Assembly: GCA_963770835.1 (NCBI GenBank)
Contig: CAVYRH010000019.1
Location: 160,001 to 224,000 of the forward strand
Source of the DNA: an uncultured Pseudomonadota bacterium
GTDB taxonomy: Bacteria; Oederibacteriota; Muellerivitia; Muellerivitales; Muellerivitaceae
Length of the DNA: 64,000 nt
Direction: 5' to 3'
Below are positions 1 to 9,240 of the stretch, piece after piece. The first letter of the stretch is position 1, and every line of letters begins with the position of its first letter. A model generated the notes under the pieces. It made no database searches, had not been told where the DNA came from, and was given only the letters and a program-made list of their open reading frames with translations. Both the position numbers and the translations under genes were made by a program.

Positions 1-2
1 TT

Positions 3-176
3 GTTCGTTTGGGAACCTTCGCCGACGAAATTTCCAACCAGCAAATGTGGTGCTTCGGAATAGGCTACTTGACCAAAGTCGTAGTCGTCGACGCTTCTTT
101 CCTCACCCGCAGCATCCCCGATCTTCAGGATTCCATCTCCCTTGGAGGAGCCTTGGATGTGGTGGTCAGTTTCTAG
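3..176 (+). CDS. 3' end of a gene running in from the window edge; probable outer-membrane beta-barrel protein (partial)
   Basis: Frame +3 is open from base 3 to TAG at 174-176: VRLGTFADEISNQQMWCFGIGYLTKVVVVDASFLTRSIPDLQDSISLGGALDVVVSF*. Alternating hydrophobic strands and a terminal Phe resemble a beta-signal. Not in the ORF track. Confidence 0.5.
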   Translation, partial: VRLGTFADEISNQQMWCFGIGYLTKVVVVDASFLTRSIPDLQDSISLGGALDVVVSF

Positions 177-184
177 CCCCGGGC

Positions 185-1363
185 TTAAAGGTTTTGGGCT
201 TTGATCCTCACAAAAACAACCCCATGCGAAGGCACATCCGCCGCGTAGCTTTCCTCAAAGTCTCCCAAGTCGCGGTGGGCCCAAAGGTCCCGGACTTCCC
301 TCTTTCCCGGCTTCAAACCCAGGTCCGTCCAGTCCACTTCAATCTTGGCGGCCTTCGGACCCCGGTTGAAAAGACAAACGGCCCAATCGCCGCCGCTTAA
401 GGGCCTGGCCCAGACTTCGCGCCCCTCCCACAGATTCTTCAGGCGTTTTCCTTGGCGCCCAGCCGAGTCCTGATCCACCGCAATGGCTTCCTGGTTGAGG
501 AGTATTTTCTTAGTCTGCGGGGTCATTTTCTGCAGGTCATTTCCCGCGATCAGCGGCGCGGCCAGAATGCACCAGAGGCTGAAGTGGGAGCGGCATTCGT
601 CCACCGTCAGGCTGCCGTTGCCGACTTGCAGCATGTCGGCGTCGTTCCAACCTCCGGGCCCGGCATAGGCTTCCAGGCCGGTTTGTTTGTACAGATCAAC
701 GATAAGCCCCCCTCCGCCCCAGGACACCCGGCAGTCCCAGCAAGGCAGAAGATCCCCCGCCGTGCGCCAGAGTTGGCCGGTCTTCGGCCCCCAAATCCAG
801 GGTTTGTCCACGCCCCAATCGCAGATGGAAAGCACCATGGGACGCCCGCTTTCCCGGATACCGTCCCGGAATAGGGCGTATTGGGTCTTGGGGTCCAACC
901 CCTGGGTGTAGCACCAATCCACCTTGACGTAATCCACGCCCCAGGAGGCATAGGTGGCCATGTCCTTCTTTTCGTAGCCGAGGCTTCCCGGCCGCCCGCC
1001 ACAGGTCTTGGTCCCAGCGCAGGTATAGATACCGAATTTGAGACCTTTGGAATGGATGTAATCGCCCAGGGCCTTCATGCCTGAGGGAAAATGGGCTGGA
1101 TCAGCCTGGATGACACCGTTGGAGTCCCGGCTGACCTGCCAACCGTCGTCCAGGTTGAGGTAGACATAACCCGCGTCCCTCAAGCCCGAGCTCACCATGA
1201 GGTCGGCGGTCTGTCGGAGGACACTTTCATTGATATTCACTGAAAAAGCGTTCCAGCTGTTCCAACCCATGGGCGGAGTCTTGGCTAATTCTTCGGCCCA
1301 GGCGGTTTCCCAGTGGAGAAGCAACAATACAGAAATCAAAATGAACATCCTAGAAAGTTTCAC
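185..1363 (-). CDS. Alpha-galactosidase, glycoside hydrolase family 27, with signal peptide
   Basis: TPPMGWNSWN, YLNLDDGWQ, WGVDYVKVDWC, GPGGWNDADML and APLIAGND motifs. GTG start at 1363 with GGAGG upstream is preferred over the ORF-track start at 1474. Confidence 0.95.
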   Translation of the reverse strand: MKLSRMFILISVLLLLHWETAWAEELAKTPPMGWNSWNAFSVNINESVLRQTADLMVSSGLRDAGYVYLNLDDGWQVSRDSNGVIQADPAHFPSGMKALGDYIHSKGLKFGIYTCAGTKTCGGRPGSLGYEKKDMATYASWGVDYVKVDWCYTQGLDPKTQYALFRDGIRESGRPMVLSICDWGVDKPWIWGPKTGQLWRTAGDLLPCWDCRVSWGGGGLIVDLYKQTGLEAYAGPGGWNDADMLQVGNGSLTVDECRSHFSLWCILAAPLIAGNDLQKMTPQTKKILLNQEAIAVDQDSAGRQGKRLKNLWEGREVWARPLSGGDWAVCLFNRGPKAAKIEVDWTDLGLKPGKREVRDLWAHRDLGDFEESYAADVPSHGVVFVRIKAQNL

Positions 1364-1637
1364 CAAACCCTCCCCAGACCGTACGATTTGCGAACCATCG
1401 AATTCCTTATAAAATGATAAAAAGAATGTATACACCCAATACAAGCATAGCCAAAACGATACCTTGAAGCCCAATCACCCCAAAAAAGTAAGAAATTACT
1501 ACGGTCAATAGAGACAGGATAAAAGCGACTGTTAATTTTTGTTTGAGGTTAGCTTTTTTTGGAGGTTCCTGAAAATCATTGGTCAAACTAGTTCCTCCAC
1601 GGGTTAGACTCGAACCGACAGGCTCTGACCTTCGATC

Positions 1638-2732
1638 TTATGCTTTACCTTTGCGACCCATCATATCCAGGGCCACAGCGATAACCAGGATGCTCCCCTT
1701 GATAATGGGCTGCCAAAAGGCTTCCGTGTTCATTAAGCTCATGCCGTTATCCAGTGAAGCCATCACCAAAGCCCCCAGAATGGCTCCCCATACCGTTCCC
1801 CGGCCTCCCATAAGGGAGGTGCCGCCGATGACCGAAGCGGCGATAGCATCCAGTTCCATCATGCGGCCCGCGTCGGAGGTGGCGGAACCCACCCGAGCGG
1901 TTAGCACGATGCCCGCAACCCCCACCATGGCACCCATAAGGGTGAAGACGAGAACAATGTGCCGGTTGATGTTGATGCCGGAATAAAAGGCGGCCTCCCG
2001 GTTGCCGCCGATGGCGTAAAGGTGCCGTCCGAAGGGTGTCTGTTGGGCCACAATAGAAAAGGCCGCCGCGAAGATAATCATCAACACCACCGGGAAAGGG
2101 ATGCCTTCATAGGCGTTCATCACCGTGATGAAAACCGCCACCACAGCCAGCAACCCGAGCCATTTGAGCTTGGCCGAAGCTGCCTTGCCTTTAAAGGCTC
2201 GATAGAGGAAGAAAAGAGCCACAACCCCGAAAGCCGCCCAGCCAAATGCATTGGCAACGTGGGCCTGGCCCACGTAAAGATAATCGGGGGTGGGGCTGAT
2301 GGCCACGCCACCGGTAAGGCCCAACAAAGAACCCTGGAAGATCAGCATTCCCCCCAAGGTTACAATGAAAGGCGGGATGTTGAACCAGGTGACCAAATGC
2401 CCCTGGATATGCCCCAATAACGCACCCAGAAGAATAGTGACCGCAAAAGTGGCCCAAAGGGGCCAGTTGTGATTGACGAATAATATGGCCGAAACTGCGC
2501 CCAGGAAGCCCGTCATGGCCCCCACCGAAAGGTCGATTTGGCCCGCCACAATAACCAGCACCATGCCGATGGCCAGGATGGCCGTGACCGACATCTGCCG
2601 CATCAGGAGCGACAGGTTCCGGGGTTCCAAGAAGATGCCGCCCGTGGTGATGGAGAAGATGACCCAAATCAAAAGTAACGCCCCTACCATTGTCAATGCG
2701 CGCCAGGGGATTTGAACTCTAGTGTCTTTCAT
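1638..2732 (-). CDS. xylH: Monosaccharide (xylose-type) ABC transporter permease
   Basis: GQIDLSVG, IPPFIVTLGG, YAIGGNREAA and ELDAIAASVIGGTSLMGGRG motifs; same operon as xylF/xylG-like genes. Confidence 0.85.
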   Translation of the reverse strand: MKDTRVQIPWRALTMVGALLLIWVIFSITTGGIFLEPRNLSLLMRQMSVTAILAIGMVLVIVAGQIDLSVGAMTGFLGAVSAILFVNHNWPLWATFAVTILLGALLGHIQGHLVTWFNIPPFIVTLGGMLIFQGSLLGLTGGVAISPTPDYLYVGQAHVANAFGWAAFGVVALFFLYRAFKGKAASAKLKWLGLLAVVAVFITVMNAYEGIPFPVVLMIIFAAAFSIVAQQTPFGRHLYAIGGNREAAFYSGININRHIVLVFTLMGAMVGVAGIVLTARVGSATSDAGRMMELDAIAASVIGGTSLMGGRGTVWGAILGALVMASLDNGMSLMNTEAFWQPIIKGSILVIAVALDMMGRKGKA

Positions 2733-3124
2733 TTCTTCTCTCTTTCCCCTCTCCCCTTGCGGGAGAGGGTCAGGGTGAGGGGTGGTTTCCTCGGATTTTT
2801 CCGAATTTGTTCCAAAGCAGCTTCAATATTCGCCAGAACTTCGTTGTTCCAAAACCGAATTACTTTATAACCTGATTTTTGAAGATATTCTGTCCTTTTG
2901 GAATCTTCTTCCTGAGTTAAAGCATGTTGACCGCCATCCAATTCTATGACCAATCTTTTCTCAAATGAACAAAAGTCAACAACGTAGGGGCTTAACGGTT
3001 GCTGCCGCCTAAATTTAATTCCCTGAAATTCCCTCGAACGCAAGAAACGCCATATCTTTTTTTCGGCGTCGGTCTGATTTCGCCGAAGTTTCCTAGCAAT
3101 ATTCTTGGGTGACCTATCAATCAT
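2729..3124 (-). CDS. DUF559 / very-short-patch-repair-like endonuclease domain protein
   Basis: ARKLRRNQTDAEKKIW, FRRQQPLSPYVVDFCS, LVIELDGGQH and GYKVIRFWNNEV motifs; visibly AT-richer than its neighbours. Confidence 0.92.
   Translation of the reverse strand: MIDRSPKNIARKLRRNQTDAEKKIWRFLRSREFQGIKFRRQQPLSPYVVDFCSFEKRLVIELDGGQHALTQEEDSKRTEYLQKSGYKVIRFWNNEVLANIEAALEQIRKNPRKPPLTLTLSRKGRGEREKK
2746..2782. repeat. Left arm of an inverted repeat flanking the DUF559 gene (BoxC/REP-like palindromic unit)
   Basis: CCCCTCTCCCCTTGCGGGAGAGGGTCAGGGTGAGGGG; its reverse complement matches 3127-3161 apart from one internal 1-nt indel and one terminal G. Internal hairpin CCCTCTCCC-n5-GGGAGAGGG. Confidence 0.9.
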
Positions 3125-3126
3125 TA

Positions 3127-3161
3127 CCCCTCACCCTACCCTCTCCCGCAAGGGGAGAGGG
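3127..3161. repeat. Right arm of the inverted repeat flanking the DUF559 gene
   Basis: CCCCTCACCCTACCCTCTCCCGCAAGGGGAGAGGG; same internal hairpin; ends 2 nt before the DUF559 ATG on the minus strand. Confidence 0.9.
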
Positions 3162-3182
3162 AAACTTCAAAACTCCTTAAAA

Positions 3183-4934
3183 TCACCGGTCAATCCCAAG
3201 GCCGCAAACGGGACCGGCGATTTGGTTGCGGTCGATCCAGTCTTCCACGTACTCATGATACCGGGGGCTTCGCACCCGGTACAGGTTCCAGTCATTGGGG
3301 TTGGCCCCGCTATAGCCGTTCAGGGTGGGGATTCCGCGTACGGCTGAAACCAGCATGGCGTCAATCTGGAGGTTGGTGGCGTCGTAAGGAAGCCGGGGGT
3401 CCACCTCTATGTAAAAGGCATGACACTGGGGCGATAGTTTCTCGCTTAGGTATTCCAACCGGCTCAAGTCCTCCGACTTCGAAAAGGCCGGATAGGGTGG
3501 AAACCCGATCTGTTCCAACACTATGGCGCCCCCCCATAGGAACAAAAGGCCGAATAAAACGATTCGGGTGGTTTGCTTTGGGATGGCTTTTATCCGCGCC
3601 TCAAGGATTTGGAACGCGATGGCAACGGCGATGGAAAGTGGCAGGGCCAGAAAAATCACGTAACGGGAAACGGCACGGATGCTTCCGCCTCCAGGGACGA
3701 TTTTAAAGATGAACCACCAGGGAGATACATCCCCGGGGTACTTCATCCCTAAAAGGACGAAAAGAGTCGTGGCTAGGACTGCTAAGGCCGCAAAATGGAA
3801 GAAAACAAGGTTGGCCTTTTTAACAATCGGCGACTTCTTTTTCCTAAGAATCCAAACCGAAGCCAGGGTTAATAGAACCCAAGCCGCCAGGACCGACAAG
3901 CCAAATCCGTCCCTTTCTTCTATCTCCACGGGGTAATTCCGGATGGTTGAGCTAAAGTCCCACAGCCAACCCCACCAGGAATGGCGCGGGCCCATCCAAA
4001 AGAAGGACCAGGGGTCCGGAATCATTGTTTGGACTTCGCTGTAATTCTTTCCTCCCAGGTCGTGGACAACTGGGAGGTAAATCCACAAAAAAGGGACGAG
4101 CCCAAGGGCAAAAACCACCCCCGCACTTAAAAGCGGAAAGTAGTTCCGATTCCAAAGCCCTATTAGAAAATCCCGTGTGGCTTTGAAACAAAAACCAAGC
4201 GCCAGGAATAAAAAGGTCCAGAAAAGGAAGAACCAACCCGTGTAAAAGCCGCTATACAGTTGAAAATCCGCCAAGAGAGACGCCGAACCCATCAAGAAAA
4301 AGGTTTCGCGGCTGGAGGTTTTTCCGCTCCTCTTCACCCATTCGACCACTAGCCATACCGCCAACGGGAGGAGAAACAGGCATTGCAGTTGGGGATGGCT
4401 GATCTGGTTGAACTTGGGCGCGTTAAAGGCAAAAAGGAACGCCCCTAGCGACGAAGCGGCAACACTTCGCCCCAAACCCCGGTTCAGCAACAGGAATCCA
4501 CAGATGTAATTGAGCAAGCTGAACAGAACTCCGCAAACCTGGTAGCAGGAAAAGATGTCCAACCCAATGCTTCGAAGGACCCCATAGGGGATGAGATAAC
4601 TCAAAAAAATGTCGGCGTACCCGAGGGTGCCTTGGGCGGGGTAATAGAAGGCGGGTGACCGCAACGAGCCTTCCCCTTTGAGGGCGTGGTAGGAATACTC
4701 GAGAAGCGCCGTCACGAGCCGGTTGTCCCCCCGGGCCCCCGGCACGAGGTCGAAGTTAGAATAAAACTCGACGTTGTGGAATTGCCACAGGCCCAATAAG
4801 CCGAGCCCCACCATAAGCGCCCAAGAAATAACCTGACTTGAGAACTCCTGACCAGAAGTTGAAATATTGAAGGTTTTTTTTTCTTTTTTCTTGGCGTCTT
4901 GGCGTCTTAGCGGTGGATTTGAAGTCATGTTCAT
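3183..4934 (-). CDS. Polytopic membrane protein, probable GT-C (YfhO-like) glycosyltransferase
   Basis: Many TM segments; GDNRL in the first loop, FYYPAQGTLGYAD, IRAVSRY and C-terminal PTLNGYSG. ATG overlaps the xylG stop (ATGA). Confidence 0.6.
   Translation of the reverse strand: MNMTSNPPLRRQDAKKKEKKTFNISTSGQEFSSQVISWALMVGLGLLGLWQFHNVEFYSNFDLVPGARGDNRLVTALLEYSYHALKGEGSLRSPAFYYPAQGTLGYADIFLSYLIPYGVLRSIGLDIFSCYQVCGVLFSLLNYICGFLLLNRGLGRSVAASSLGAFLFAFNAPKFNQISHPQLQCLFLLPLAVWLVVEWVKRSGKTSSRETFFLMGSASLLADFQLYSGFYTGWFFLFWTFLFLALGFCFKATRDFLIGLWNRNYFPLLSAGVVFALGLVPFLWIYLPVVHDLGGKNYSEVQTMIPDPWSFFWMGPRHSWWGWLWDFSSTIRNYPVEIEERDGFGLSVLAAWVLLTLASVWILRKKKSPIVKKANLVFFHFAALAVLATTLFVLLGMKYPGDVSPWWFIFKIVPGGGSIRAVSRYVIFLALPLSIAVAIAFQILEARIKAIPKQTTRIVLFGLLFLWGGAIVLEQIGFPPYPAFSKSEDLSRLEYLSEKLSPQCHAFYIEVDPRLPYDATNLQIDAMLVSAVRGIPTLNGYSGANPNDWNLYRVRSPRYHEYVEDWIDRNQIAGPVCGLGIDR
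4890..4914 (-). repeat. Short 8-nt periodic repeat ACCGCTAAGACGCCAAGACGCCAAG
   Basis: Three imperfect CGCyAAGA units on the minus strand followed by an A tract; similar motif at 12229-12254. Confidence 0.5.
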
Positions 4935-6445
4935 GCTTTAAGCGCCGCGGCGGCTAGGACTCTCTCCGGCGTCGCTTCCCCGGCTTCCAATTTTGCCGTC
5001 ATCCGGCCCTGGTTGAGAACCAAAACCCGGTGGCTGAGCCCCAGAATTTCCGGGAGGTCGGAGGAAACCAGCACAATGCCGATCCCTTGGGAGGCCAGTT
5101 GTCCCATGAGCTCGTAAATTTCAGCTTTTGCGCCCACGTCAATACCGCGGGTGGGCTCGTCCAAGAAAAGGACTTTGGGCCGGGTCATCAGCCATTTCCC
5201 CAGGACCACCTTTTGCTGGTTGCCCCCGGAAAGTTTGTTAACCCAGGAGGAAAGGCTAGGCGTCTTGATGCGCATGGCCTTGACCTGGGTTTCACATTCG
5301 CGCTCGATGGCCGGCTGGTCCAAAAAGCCGTGTTTGGACAGCTTGCGCATGAAGGCCAGAATAAGGTTTTCCTCTACGGGGCTTTCCAAGACTAGGCCAT
5401 ATTTTTTGCGGTCCTCGCTCACCAGGGCCAACCCCGCCCTAATAGCTTGTTCGGGCGAAGAAAAAGGTAATTGAGGATTCCCCTCGACTACCAATGTTCC
5501 CCCCACCTTTCCCCGGGCGGCCCCAAAGAGCGAGCTTAAGAGGGCCGTCCGGCCCGCGCCCATGAGCCCCGCGACGCCCAGCACTTCCCCGGCGTGGACC
5601 TCGAAAGAAACGTCCTTCACCACGTAACGGCCGGGATTGGCGGGGTCTTCCACGCTGAAGCCTTGAACGGCCAGCAAAACCGGACCGGCGGTGGTTCGGG
5701 GCCGGGGATAGAGGTTTTTGACCTCACGGCCCACCATGTTGGCGATGATCTTTTCCTGACTCAACTGGGATACGGGCGCGGTGATGATGGATTTTCCGTC
5801 GCGCAAAACCGTCACCCGGTCGGCGATTTGGCCCACTTCCTCCAGCCGGTGGCTGATGTAAATGGCGGAAACGCCTTGCTTCCTTAACTGCCTCAAGAAT
5901 TCCAACAGCCGGGCGGTGTCGGCTTCGGTAAGGGCCGCCGTGGGCTCATCCAAGACCAGGATTTCGGCTTTCTTGGAAAGGGCCTTGGCGATCTCGATCA
6001 TTTGCTGTTGGCCGATGCCCAATTGCCGAATGGGTGTATCCAGGCCCACTTTGAGCGCCACCAAGTCCAGGGCCTTTTGGGCCTCCCGGTGGACTTCTCC
6101 CCATTGGATAAAGCCACCTTTGACGGGCCAGCGGCCCAAAAGCAGGTTTTCGGCCACGCTAAGCTCTGGCACCAGGGCCAGTTCCTGGGCGATGAGGGCG
6201 ATACCCTTTTCCTCGGAAGCCTTCAGGTCCTTAAATTGAACCGGCTGGTTGTTCAGCAGGACTTCCCCGCCGTAGGAGCCGTAGGGGTGGTAGCCGCAGA
6301 GGATCTTGATGAGGGTGCTCTTGCCTGCCCCGTTTTCCCCGCAAAGGGCATGGATCTCGCCCTTCTCCAGGTCGAAAGAGACGCCGTCCAGGGCCCGCAC
6401 ACCCGGAAAATCCTTGGTGATGTTTTTAAGTTCAAGAAGAGGCAT
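4931..6445 (-). CDS. xylG: Monosaccharide ABC transporter ATP-binding protein (two NBDs)
   Basis: GENGAGKST, LDEPTAAL, LSGGNQQKV and DEPTRGIDVGAK motifs; YPYGSYGGE is typical of XylG. Confidence 0.9.
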   Translation of the reverse strand: MPLLELKNITKDFPGVRALDGVSFDLEKGEIHALCGENGAGKSTLIKILCGYHPYGSYGGEVLLNNQPVQFKDLKASEEKGIALIAQELALVPELSVAENLLLGRWPVKGGFIQWGEVHREAQKALDLVALKVGLDTPIRQLGIGQQQMIEIAKALSKKAEILVLDEPTAALTEADTARLLEFLRQLRKQGVSAIYISHRLEEVGQIADRVTVLRDGKSIITAPVSQLSQEKIIANMVGREVKNLYPRPRTTAGPVLLAVQGFSVEDPANPGRYVVKDVSFEVHAGEVLGVAGLMGAGRTALLSSLFGAARGKVGGTLVVEGNPQLPFSSPEQAIRAGLALVSEDRKKYGLVLESPVEENLILAFMRKLSKHGFLDQPAIERECETQVKAMRIKTPSLSSWVNKLSGGNQQKVVLGKWLMTRPKVLFLDEPTRGIDVGAKAEIYELMGQLASQGIGIVLVSSDLPEILGLSHRVLVLNQGRMTAKLEAGEATPERVLAAAALKA

Positions 6446-6488
6446 TACAACCCTTTAAAAAGTCGTAAACCATCCCAACTCTCAATGG

Positions 6489-6959
6489 TCAAGGGTTGGC
6501 TAAAAGCAAATCCGAGTTGACAGTGAAGGCTAAAAGCCGCCATCTATCATCGTTCAAAATAGCCCTAATTTTTATTGTTGCGGAACCTTTTTCAAAATCG
6601 GCCCCAACCAAATAGGTGCCCGTTACCTGCAATCCATTTTCCGAAGTGAAGTTCATGAAAGAATCACCTTTGGAACCTTTATATTCTTTGATAGAACCCA
6701 ATCGATCCTTGCATAAAGCAAATAACTTATCGATCTGATCCTGATTCTTATGAACCACCTCGAGCAATTGCGGACTTGCATCCTTCAACATAAGACTTTC
6801 GTCCCAATCCTTACAAATAATCGGAACAATCCCGTCAACATAGGCTTTGCTGTCGGCATCGTATTGTTGGCCATAATGTTGAAAAACAAAAAAAGCTGCC
6901 GCACCCAAAACCAAAACAATCGCAAATAAAATCCCTAGAATTATGAAAAACTTTTTCAA
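6489..6959 (-). CDS. Hypothetical protein with N-terminal membrane anchor
   Basis: 156-aa ORF, TTG start with GGGAGG RBS, one N-terminal TM, AT-rich. Confidence 0.75.
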   Translation of the reverse strand: MKKFFIILGILFAIVLVLGAAAFFVFQHYGQQYDADSKAYVDGIVPIICKDWDESLMLKDASPQLLEVVHKNQDQIDKLFALCKDRLGSIKEYKGSKGDSFMNFTSENGLQVTGTYLVGADFEKGSATIKIRAILNDDRWRLLAFTVNSDLLLANP

Positions 6960-7001
6960 AATTGCCTCCCAAATATAAATCGACAGCGTTGGTTTTAAAT
7001 T

Positions 7002-8013
7002 TTATTTTTTATACACGTCTTCTTTTTTCTGGAAACCGTCGGCGATGACGGTGGAATCCAAATTATCCTTGTCCACTTCCACCGTGGGCAGGAGGATGGA
7101 CGGAACGTCGTTCTTGCCGTTGTTGAGTTTGGAAACGGGGTCGGTGATGGGCTTCTTCTGGGCCATGGCGATGGCCAGCTCCGCCGCCTTGTCCGCCAGC
7201 TTGGGCAGGGGCTTATACACGGTCATGCTTTGGGTGCCCTGCACGATTCTCTGGCAGCCCGCCAGGTCTGCGTCTTGCCCGGTGACCAGCACCTTCCCGG
7301 CCAGTCCCTGCTCGTTGAGGGCCTGCATCACGCCACCCGCCGTGCCGTCGTTGGAAACGACCACCGCGTCCACCTTGTTGTTGTTCTTGGTCAGGGCGTT
7401 TTCCATGATCTTCAGGGCCTCCACCGGCTGCCAGTCCGTGGCCCATTGGTCGCCTACGATCTTGATGTCCCCCTTGTCGATGGAGGGCTGGAGGATTTTC
7501 ATCTGCCCTTGGCGCACCAAAACGGCGTTGTTGTCCGTGGGGGCTCCGCCGATAAGCACGTAATTGCCCTTGGGCCTGTGCTTCACCGCGTAATCGGCCT
7601 GCTCCTCGCCCACTTTCTCGGGGTCGAAAGTGACATAAAGGTCGAGGTCGCAGTCGCGGATCAGGCGGTCATAGGCGATGACCGGAACACCCGCCTTGTG
7701 GGCCGACTTCCACGATGGTGGCCGCGCTCTTTCCGTTATGGGGCACCACCACCAGGACGTTCACCCCCTCGGTGAGGAGGTTCTCGGCCTGGGAATTCTG
7801 AAGGGCGTCGTCGGAATTGGCGGCTTGCACCAGCACGTCCGCCCCCAGTTCCTTGGCGTTGGCCACGAAGAGGTCGCGGTCATGCTGCCAGCGTTCTTCC
7901 TTAAGGGTGTCCAGGGAAAGGCCGATCCGTATCTTGTTCCCACCCCCGTTTTTGGCGCATCCTCCCAACAACAGTACCGACAAGGCGACAGCCGAAAGGG
8001 TCCTCAGGCGCAT
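7002..8013 (-). CDS. xylF: Xylose-type ABC substrate-binding lipoprotein; one +1 frameshift near 7709 (probable sequencing error)
   Basis: Lipobox LLGGC and IGLSLDTLKEERWQHDRDLF. Removing one base restores IVESAHKAGVPVIAYDRLI...TFD, joining GGAPTDNNA and VTGQDADLAGCQRIVQGTQSMTVYKP. Confidence 0.88.
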
Positions 8014-8144
8014 GTTCTCCTCCAAGGGAAATTGAGCCGCCCGAGGATTATAAGGCAACGGGGGAGGAGGGCGGAAACAGGATTCGAGGGCTAAAATCGG
8101 GCTTGCAACACCTTTGGCCCGTTCTAAAACCGGTCCGGTATAAA

Positions 8145-8172
8145 TTGACTTAACACTATTTTTTTGTAATCT
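8145..8172 (+). promoter_or_regulatory. Possible sigma70 promoter for the pilT pair
   Basis: TTGACT-16 nt-TAATCT in the AT-rich divergent gap, 37 nt before the ATG. Confidence 0.35.
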
Positions 8173-8209
8173 AAAGGCTGTCTCTTACCCCATTCCCATT
8201 GAAGCGGCC

Positions 8210-9240
8210 ATGCCCGAACTCGACCAGTACCTCCAAGCTTGCATTGAATGCAAAGGCTCCGACCTGCACGTGGCCTCCGAGTCCCCCGTTTACGTGCGCC
8301 AGCTGGGCCGCCTTTGCCCCATTACCCAGCCCCTTTTGACCCAGGATTGCGAGAGGATGATTTTCGAGGTCCTGGACCAGGCCACTGCCGAGCGCCTGAA
8401 GACCGAATGGGAAGTGGACACCTCCTATACCATGTCCAACGGGGAGCGCTTCCGCGTGAACGCCTACCGCCAGCGAAAGGGCTGGGACGCGGTTTTCCGG
8501 CATTTCAGCTCCCAGGTCCCCTCCATCGACGAGTTGGGCCTGCCGCCCATCCTTAAGAAGTTCTCCGACGCCAACCAGGGCCTCATCCTCATCACCGGCC
8601 CGGGCCGGTCCGGCAAATCCACCACCTGCGCGGCCCTGGTGGATCACATGAACAGCGAAAGCGACGAGCACATCATCACCATCGAGGATCCCATCGAGTA
8701 CATCCACCAACGCAAGAAGTCCCTGGTCAACCAGCGGAGCGTGGGCCCCCACACCGGGAGTTTTTCCGCTGCCTTGAGGAGCGCCTTGCGCGAGGACCCG
8801 GACATCATCATGGTGGGCGAAATGCGCGACTACGAGACCATGAGCCTGGCCTTGACCGCCGCCGAAACCGGCCATTTGGTCATCGGCACCCTGCACACGG
8901 GCTCGGCGGCCGCCACCATTTCCCGCGTTGTCAACCTCTTCCCCGCCGCCGAGCAGTCCCAGGCCATCGCCAGCCTGTCCGAAAGCCTGGTGGGCATCGT
9001 CTCCCAGCGCCTGCTGGTGAACGCCGAGGGACCGCCATGGTTCCGGCCTTCGAAATCCTGGTGAACTCCCTGGCCATGGCCAACACCATCCGCAGCGAGG
9101 AATACCACAAGATCCCCTCCATGATCGCCACCGGCCTCTCGCAGGGGATGCAAACCATGGAAGCTTCCATCAAAGCGCTGGTGGCGGCCAAGAAAATCAC
9201 CCAGGCCCAGGCCGATGAGATTCTGGCGGAGGAGGCCTGA
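8210..9240 (+). CDS. pilT: PilT/PilU-family type IV pilus retraction ATPase (copy 1); single-base deletion near 9030
   Basis: SDLHV, RFRVNAY, GPGRSGKSTT, TIEDPIEY, ALREDPDIIMVGEMRD and GTLHT motifs. C-terminus continues in ORF 9037-9240. Confidence 0.9.

Noticed and set aside
1580..1640. tRNA-like fragment on the minus strand (GGTTCGAGTC ... CCA)
   Set aside because: The T-stem pairs poorly, CCA is too far from the T-loop, and there is no D or anticodon arm.
2746..3161. Classical IS element
   Set aside because: No DDE or HUH transposase and no target-site duplication; kept only as a candidate non-canonical cassette.
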